64,000 nt of DNA from Trueperaceae bacterium (GTDB taxonomy: Bacteria; Deinococcota; Deinococci; Deinococcales; Trueperaceae), in the NCBI GenBank assembly GCA_965213705.1, contig OZ243913.1, forward strand, positions 2,944,001-3,008,000, given 5' to 3'. Below, piece by piece: positions 58,563-64,000 of the stretch (position 1 is the first letter of the stretch; the number at the start of each line of letters is the position of its first letter). The translations under genes and the position numbers were made by a program. The notes beneath the pieces are model-generated. The model was given only the letters and a program-made list of their open reading frames with translations, did not search any database and was not told the DNA's origin.

Positions 58563-59768
58563 GTGCCCGAAAAACCCGCAAAAACGTTTGCGCCAAATTC
58601 CAACCGGGCCACTGGTTTAACCGTCACGCCCAAGGGTATGCGGCGAGTGCGCGCGGGCCACCCGTGGGTGTTCGCGAACGACCTTCGGCCCAATCCCCGC
58701 CCGGCGACGCCCGGCGTCGTGAACGTTTTGGACCCCGGCGGGACGCTGGTCGGACAGGCCCTGTTCAACCCTGTTTCGAAGATAGCCCTGCGTTTGGTCA
58801 CCGCGGGGGAGCAGCCGGTCACGGCCGACTTGTTCCGGGAACGGGTGCGGGCGGCGGTTCGCTACCGTGAGCGCGCCGCGCAGGGTTTCGAGGCGTTCCG
58901 GGTCGTCCACAGCGAGGCGGACGGGCTGCCGGGCCTTACGGTCGACAAGTACGCGGACGTCTTGGTCTTGCAGCAACACGCCGCGGCCTTGGAACCGTTC
59001 ATGCCCGCCGTGCTGGACGAACTTGTGCAGGCCTACGGGCCGTCGGGCATCTTGGCGCGGAACGACGGCCCGGTGCGCGCCCTCGAGGGCTTACCCCGGC
59101 GCACCGAAGTGGTGATGGGCAGCGTGCCGGAAGAAGTGGCTTTTACCGAGGGCGCGGTCACGCTGTTCGCCGCCCCCTACAGCGGCCAGAAAACGGGCGC
59201 GTTTTTGGACCAGCGTGAGAACCACGTTTTTGCGGGGACGCTCTCCCAGGGGCGAGCGCTCGACGTGTTCAGCTACCACGGCGGCTTCGCGCTGGCGCTG
59301 GCGCGGCAAGCTGACAGCGTGGTGGCCCTGGACTCGAGCGCCCCGGCCTTGGAGCACCTGGCGAACGCGGCCCGTCGCAACGCCCTGAACAACGTCACGA
59401 CCGTGCGCGGCGACGCCTTCGCGCAGCTGCGCGCGCTCAACGCGGCGGGCGAACAGTTCGACACCGTCGTCCTCGACCCGCCCGCCTTTGCCAAAGGCCG
59501 CAGTCACGTGGAGGGGGCGCTGGCGGGCTACAAAGACATCAACCTGCAAGCTTTCAAACTGCTCGGCCCCGGCGGGATACTCGTCACGGCGAGTTGCAGT
59601 CATCACCTGAGCGACGCCGACTTTTACGCTACACTTCAAGAAGCGGCCGCCGACGCCGAGCGCAACGTGCGCGTTCTGGCCCGCCGCACCCAGGCGGCTT
59701 GCCATCCCGAGTTGCTCGCTTTGCCGGAGACGCACTATCTCAAGCTGGTGGCGCTCGAGGTCTTGTAA
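58563..59768 (+). CDS. PUA-domain SAM-dependent rRNA m5C methyltransferase (RlmI-like)
   Basis: GHPWVF, EADGLPG, GQKTGAFLDQREN, DPPAF and SCS motifs. Confidence 0.9.
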   Translation: MPEKPAKTFAPNSNRATGLTVTPKGMRRVRAGHPWVFANDLRPNPRPATPGVVNVLDPGGTLVGQALFNPVSKIALRLVTAGEQPVTADLFRERVRAAVRYRERAAQGFEAFRVVHSEADGLPGLTVDKYADVLVLQQHAAALEPFMPAVLDELVQAYGPSGILARNDGPVRALEGLPRRTEVVMGSVPEEVAFTEGAVTLFAAPYSGQKTGAFLDQRENHVFAGTLSQGRALDVFSYHGGFALALARQADSVVALDSSAPALEHLANAARRNALNNVTTVRGDAFAQLRALNAAGEQFDTVVLDPPAFAKGRSHVEGALAGYKDINLQAFKLLGPGGILVTASCSHHLSDADFYATLQEAAADAERNVRVLARRTQAACHPELLALPETHYLKLVALEVL

Positions 59769-59799
59769 AAAGGCTGGACACCGTCTGGGCGGACCGTCG

Positions 59800-59894
59800 T
59801 TCAGGCAGTTGCTTCAGGAGCAGTGATTCAAGAGCGATGAACTGGGAGCGATGACCCAAAAGCGGTAACTTAGGAGCAACGGTTTAGGAGAGGC
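59800..59894 (+). repeat. About 7 degenerate 14-bp tandem units ending in the RBS of the next gene
   Basis: ttcaggagcagtga ttcaagagcgatga actgggagcgatga cccaaaagcggtaa cttaggagcaacgg tttaggagaggc-ATG. Confidence 0.7.
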
Positions 59895-60167
59895 ATGGCC
59901 GACACCCCGTTTCACCAACAAATGTTGCAAAGCTTACAAGAGGTAGGGCTTACGGACCGCGAGGTCGCCGCGCTCGCCGGTCAACTCGTTTGGCGCATCG
60001 GGCGGCTGGCGGAAGACGCCCCGGTGACGGTCCGGGTCGGTTTGGCGAGCAGCGTGCCGCTTTTCAACGAGCTGCCCAAACTCCGCAACGCTTCGGAAAC
60101 CGAAATCGAAGCGGCGCTCGCCGAGGGCGACGTCCGTGTGGAATGGGTCGGGCGCACGCTCGCCTAG
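59895..60167 (+). CDS. DUF3248-like small protein
   Basis: LVWRIGR, VRVGLAS, LPKLRN and RVEWV pattern; AGGAG RBS. Confidence 0.75.
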   Translation: MADTPFHQQMLQSLQEVGLTDREVAALAGQLVWRIGRLAEDAPVTVRVGLASSVPLFNELPKLRNASETEIEAALAEGDVRVEWVGRTLA

Positions 60168-60190
60168 TTGGTAGTGACGACACTTATTCT

Positions 60191-60694
60191 ATGAACTTGT
60201 CCCACGCCGTCACGTTTACCTTCGACCTGAGCCTGCCGCCCGCCGCCGCTACCAGGTTCGTGCGCGACGTGCCGCTGAGCCTCAGCAAAGCGGACTTTAT
60301 CGAAAACTTGCAAGTTGCCGACAACGTCGTCACCGCCCACCTGCCGGTCAACGCCGCGCTGTTCGGCCAACAACGTTTAGAGTTCAGCAGCCGGCTTCAC
60401 CCGACCGAGCGCGGCGCACGGCTCGAGGCCTTGCACCTCGACACCGACGCGCCGGGTTGGGCCGAGGTTGCGGGCGAAGCCCAGGTCGACAGCGCGCCCG
60501 GCGGCAGCGCTGTCGAGTACCGTTTCGACATCACCATTCACCTCAAGTTGCCCACGCCCGAAAAGTGGGGCGGCAAGGCCCTGGTCAAGATGATAGAATT
60601 TACGGCGCAACGCGTGCTCGAGAACATCACCGCCAACTTCCCCACCGCCGTGCAAGCGGCCGCGCAAGAGGCCGAAGCGGCCTACGCGGCGTAA
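60191..60694 (+). CDS. DUF3809-like (SRPBCC-type) protein
   Basis: WAEVAG and EKWGGKALVKM pattern; follows the DUF3248-like gene. Confidence 0.7.
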   Translation: MNLSHAVTFTFDLSLPPAAATRFVRDVPLSLSKADFIENLQVADNVVTAHLPVNAALFGQQRLEFSSRLHPTERGARLEALHLDTDAPGWAEVAGEAQVDSAPGGSAVEYRFDITIHLKLPTPEKWGGKALVKMIEFTAQRVLENITANFPTAVQAAAQEAEAAYAA

Positions 60695-60706
60695 AAGAAG
60701 GACCGA

Positions 60707-61306
60707 GTGGACAGTAAAAGACTTTCTCTCACGCAGCCGAACAAAGGGCGAAACTTGAGGCTCACAAACGCGACCGTGACCGGCGTCAGCCGAGACGGAG
60801 AGCACGCTTTCAGCAAAAAACCCCAGGACAATATCCGTTTAGTGGCGGGTTTGGGTGTCCAAGGCGACGCGCACGCGGGCCGGATGGTGCAGCACCGCTC
60901 GAGGGTCGCCGTCGACCCCACGCAACCCAACTTGCGTCAGGTCCACCTTATCCACTCGGAGTTGTTTGACGAACTGCACACCGCCGGCTTCAGGGTGACG
61001 GCCGGACAACTGGGTGAGAACGCCACGACCAGGGGGCTCGACCTCTTGAACCTGCCGCGCGGAACTCGCTTGCACGTAGGAGAGAACGCCGTGCTCGAGG
61101 TGACGGGCCTGCGCAACCCTTGCGCTCAGCTGGACACCTTTCAGCCGGGGTTGTTGGCGGCGGTGTTGGGCCGTGCTGAAGACGGTAGCTTGATTCGCAA
61201 GGCTGGCATCATGTCCATCGTTTTAGAAAGCGGCGAGGTGCGACCGGGCGACTCTGTCCGGGTCGTGTTGCCGCCCGAGCCGCACACGAAACTTGAGCGC
61301 GTTTGA
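60707..61306 (+). CDS. MOSC domain protein (start uncertain)
   Basis: GDAHAG, RQVHL, LGEN, TGLRNPC and GEVRPGD motifs. Confidence 0.88.
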   Translation: MDSKRLSLTQPNKGRNLRLTNATVTGVSRDGEHAFSKKPQDNIRLVAGLGVQGDAHAGRMVQHRSRVAVDPTQPNLRQVHLIHSELFDELHTAGFRVTAGQLGENATTRGLDLLNLPRGTRLHVGENAVLEVTGLRNPCAQLDTFQPGLLAAVLGRAEDGSLIRKAGIMSIVLESGEVRPGDSVRVVLPPEPHTKLERV

Positions 61307-61405
61307 GCTGCACGAAACGGCTTTATTATTTCAAGACCTCGAGACGAAGGGGCTATAATTCTCCCTTTTAGGAGAGCTGGCTCGAAGAGACCGAGGGGTC
61401 CGCCC

Positions 61406-62746
61406 TTACTTCCCCACGCAAAAGTTAGCGAAGATGTGCGCCAACGTTTCTTCGGCGATGTCGCCCCGGCCGGTGATTTCCGCGAGGCTGCGCAGGGCGT
61501 CTTCCAAGTCGAGGGCGGCGAGATCGTCGGGGGCGTGACGAGCGCGCTCGAGCAGCACCTTAGTTTGTTCCAACGCCGCTACGTGCCGTTCGTTGCCAAT
61601 CCACAATTCCGTCCCCCCCGCCGCGCCGACGAGCTTGTCTTTGATGGCGGCGCTGAGGGCTTCCAGGCCCGCGCCCGTGAGGGTCGAGACGGGATAAAGG
61701 GGCGCGTCCAAGCTGTGCCAAACTTTCGGCAAGTCGCTTTTGCTGGCGACGACGAGGGTGCGCGCCGGCTCTAACTCCCCCAGCATCGCCCGGTCTTGAG
61801 ACGTCACGGCCTGGCTCGCGTCTATCAAGAACAAACTGAGGTCGGCGTTGGCGGCGATTTGTTTGGCCTGCGCGACGCCGGAGGCCTCTACTTGGTCCTC
61901 GGTATGACGAATCCCGGCGGTGTCGATGGCGGTGACGGGCACGCCGTCCAGACTCAACGGGGCCTCCAGGTAGTCGCGGGTCGTCCCCGGCAACTCGCTC
62001 ACGATAGAGCGCTCGTAACCCAATAGTGCGTTGAGCAAACTCGACTTGCCCGCGTTCGGTTTGCCGACCAGGGCCAAGCGTGCGCCCTGCCGCGCGATGC
62101 GGCCCGCCTCGGCGGTGCGCAGCAGGGTGTCTATGCGCTCCAAGGCGCGCGTCAGGGGTCCGGCAAATTCCGCCTCGGGTACGCCCTCGTCGGGGTAGTC
62201 GAACATTGCCTGGATGTTGCCGTAGACTTGCGTGATGTCGGTTTGAATCAGCTCGAGCTGCTCGGTCAGTGCCCTTGACAGCCCGAGCGCGGCGCTGCGG
62301 CGGGCGCTGTCGGACTGGGCGTTGACCATGCCCAGCACGCTTTCCGCCTGCACCAGGTCGAGCCGACCGTTGAGGTACGCCCGCAAGGTAAACTCGCCCG
62401 GCCCCGCCAAGCGCGCCCCGTGCTTGACGGTGAGGTCTAAAACTTTACGCAACACCGCGGGGCCGCCGTGCGTCTGGATTTCGACCACGTCTTGCGCCGT
62501 GTACGAGTGCGGCGCGCGAAAACTTAGCATCAGGGCCTCGTCGACGAGGGTATCGCCGTCCAGCACGCGCCCGTAGGTCACGCGGCCCGCTTTGAGGTCT
62601 CGAGCGCGGCGGCCGTCGAACGGGAAAAACAGCTCGTCGGCAACTTTGTACGCCGCCGGCCCGGCCACCCGCACGATGCCGACCGCACCGACGCCGGGCG
62701 CGGTGGCGATGGCGGCGATGGTGTCGTCGGGCGGGGGTAGGGGCAC
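61406..62746 (-). CDS. mnmE: tRNA modification GTPase MnmE
   Basis: DTIAAIATAPG, GEFTLRA, GKPNAGKSS, GTTRD and terminal FCVGK. Confidence 0.97.
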   Translation of the reverse strand: MPLPPPDDTIAAIATAPGVGAVGIVRVAGPAAYKVADELFFPFDGRRARDLKAGRVTYGRVLDGDTLVDEALMLSFRAPHSYTAQDVVEIQTHGGPAVLRKVLDLTVKHGARLAGPGEFTLRAYLNGRLDLVQAESVLGMVNAQSDSARRSAALGLSRALTEQLELIQTDITQVYGNIQAMFDYPDEGVPEAEFAGPLTRALERIDTLLRTAEAGRIARQGARLALVGKPNAGKSSLLNALLGYERSIVSELPGTTRDYLEAPLSLDGVPVTAIDTAGIRHTEDQVEASGVAQAKQIAANADLSLFLIDASQAVTSQDRAMLGELEPARTLVVASKSDLPKVWHSLDAPLYPVSTLTGAGLEALSAAIKDKLVGAAGGTELWIGNERHVAALEQTKVLLERARHAPDDLAALDLEDALRSLAEITGRGDIAEETLAHIFANFCVGK

Positions 62747-62749
62747 GTT

Positions 62750-64000
62750 TTAGCTCAAATCGGCGAACGAAGCGTGTGCGGCGCTGACGACGGCGTCGAT
62801 GTCGGCCTCGCTGTGCGCGTAGGAGAAAAAAGCCGCCTCAAAGGCGCTCGGCGGCCAGTAGACGCCGCGCCGCAACAAACCGTGAAACCACTTACCGAAA
62901 CGCTCGGTGTCGGTCGTGCTGGCGCTCGTCAGGTCGGTCACGGCTTGACCGGTAAAAAACACCGTAATCATCGAGCCGACGCGGTTAATAGTGACGGGAA
63001 CGCCCGTTTGTTCAGCCACGCGGTTCAGGCCGCGCTCGAGCCGTTGGGTACGCGCCTCCAGCACCTCGTAAAGGTCGGGGGTGGCTTGAATCGTTTCCAA
63101 GGTAGCGATGCCCGCCGCCATCGCCAGCGGGTTGCCCGACAGGGTGCCCGCCTGGTAGACCTTGCCGACGGGGGAAACCTGGTCCATAGTTGCGGCCTTG
63201 CCCCCGTAAGCCCCGACCGGCAAACCGCCGCCGATAATTTTGCCCCAGCAAACCAGGTCGGCGTCTATGCCGAACCGCTCCACCGCGCCGCCCGGTGCCA
63301 GGCGAAAGCCGGTCATCACCTCGTCGGCGATGAGGAGCGCGCCGTACTTGGTCGTCAACTCGCGCAAGCCCGTCAAAAACTCTGTGCTTGGCACCACCAC
63401 GCCCATGTTGCCGACAACGGGCTCGAAGATGACGGCGGCGATGTCGTCGGGATGCTGCTCGAACAAGCGCTGTACCGACCCCAAGTCGTTGTATTCGGCG
63501 ACGAGCGTCGTCTTGGCGGTGTCTTGCGGGACGCCCGCACTCGCCGGGACGCCCGTGGTGAGCGCGCCCGAGCCCGCCGCGACGAGCAGCGCGTCGGCGT
63601 GCCCGTGGTAGTTGCCTGCAAACTTGACGATGTAGTCGCGCCCGGTCGCCCCGCGCGCCACGCGCAGCGCGCTCATGGTCGCCTCGGTGCCAGAGTTGAC
63701 GAAGCGTACCCGGTCGCAAGAGGGATACTTGGCAAGCACGAGTTCGGCCAACTGCAACTCGCGCCGCGTCGGCGCGCCAAAACTCGTGCCCATGCGCATC
63801 GCCGCGCCGACGGCGCTCAGCACGTTAGGGTGCGCGTGGCCCAAAATCATCGGTCCCCACGAGCCGACGCAGTCGACGTATTCGTTGCCGTCCTCGTCCC
63901 ACAGCCGTGAGCCCTGGGCGCGGTCCATAAAGAGCGGTGTGCCGCCCACCCCCCCGAAGGCACGAACCGGCGAGTTCACCCCGCCGGGAATAAGGGTTTG
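62750..64000 (-). CDS. hemL: Glutamate-1-semialdehyde 2,1-aminomutase (5' partial)
   Basis: IPGGVNSPVRAF, SGTEATM, DEVMTGFR, GKIIGGG and YQAGTLSGNP motifs. Confidence 0.96.
   Translation of the reverse strand, partial: QTLIPGGVNSPVRAFGGVGGTPLFMDRAQGSRLWDEDGNEYVDCVGSWGPMILGHAHPNVLSAVGAAMRMGTSFGAPTRRELQLAELVLAKYPSCDRVRFVNSGTEATMSALRVARGATGRDYIVKFAGNYHGHADALLVAAGSGALTTGVPASAGVPQDTAKTTLVAEYNDLGSVQRLFEQHPDDIAAVIFEPVVGNMGVVVPSTEFLTGLRELTTKYGALLIADEVMTGFRLAPGGAVERFGIDADLVCWGKIIGGGLPVGAYGGKAATMDQVSPVGKVYQAGTLSGNPLAMAAGIATLETIQATPDLYEVLEARTQRLERGLNRVAEQTGVPVTINRVGSMITVFFTGQAVTDLTSASTTDTERFGKWFHGLLRRGVYWPPSAFEAAFFSYAHSEADIDAVVSAAHASFADLS

Noticed and set aside
62774..63910. 378-aa plus-strand ORF, and similar long shadows at 10019, 14545, 23764, 32121 and 53692
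   Set aside because: Each lies opposite a well-supported gene and has no recognisable domain.

Overview
GC-rich bacterial chromosomal DNA, most likely Deinococcota of the Truepera/Deinococcus type. This is inferred from lysW-lysX, DUF3248/DUF3809-like genes, an SLH/beta-barrel protein and many leaderless-type starts. The window is mostly housekeeping: topA, recO, plsY, folC, pyrE, trpS, holB, rnhB, lysW-lysX, ygfZ, prfB (programmed frameshift), folP-folB-folK, cdaA-cdaR-def-fmt-der, htrA, rlmI-like, mnmE and hemL (partial). It also has two tandem S8 lipoprotein peptidases, a PIN/RHH toxin-antitoxin pair and two Uma2 nucleases. An accessory patch at about 19.5-25 kb holds an intact IS4-family element next to a remnant of a related IS, ltrA, a nonsense-interrupted HTH regulator and an MFS transporter. 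No rRNA, canonical tRNA, CRISPR array or prophage was seen. Most notable: (i) a 72-nt tRNA-like cloverleaf ending in GCCA in the lysW leader; (ii) a sigma70-region-4-like domain at the TopA C-terminus; (iii) strong CTCGAG excess with near-absence of GATC; (iv) a promoter-hairpin-T-run unit predicting a ~30-nt RNA; (v) an IS inserted 6 bp from the end of a relative; (vi) many 13-16 bp minisatellites. All calls are by-eye motif recognition; no searches were run.
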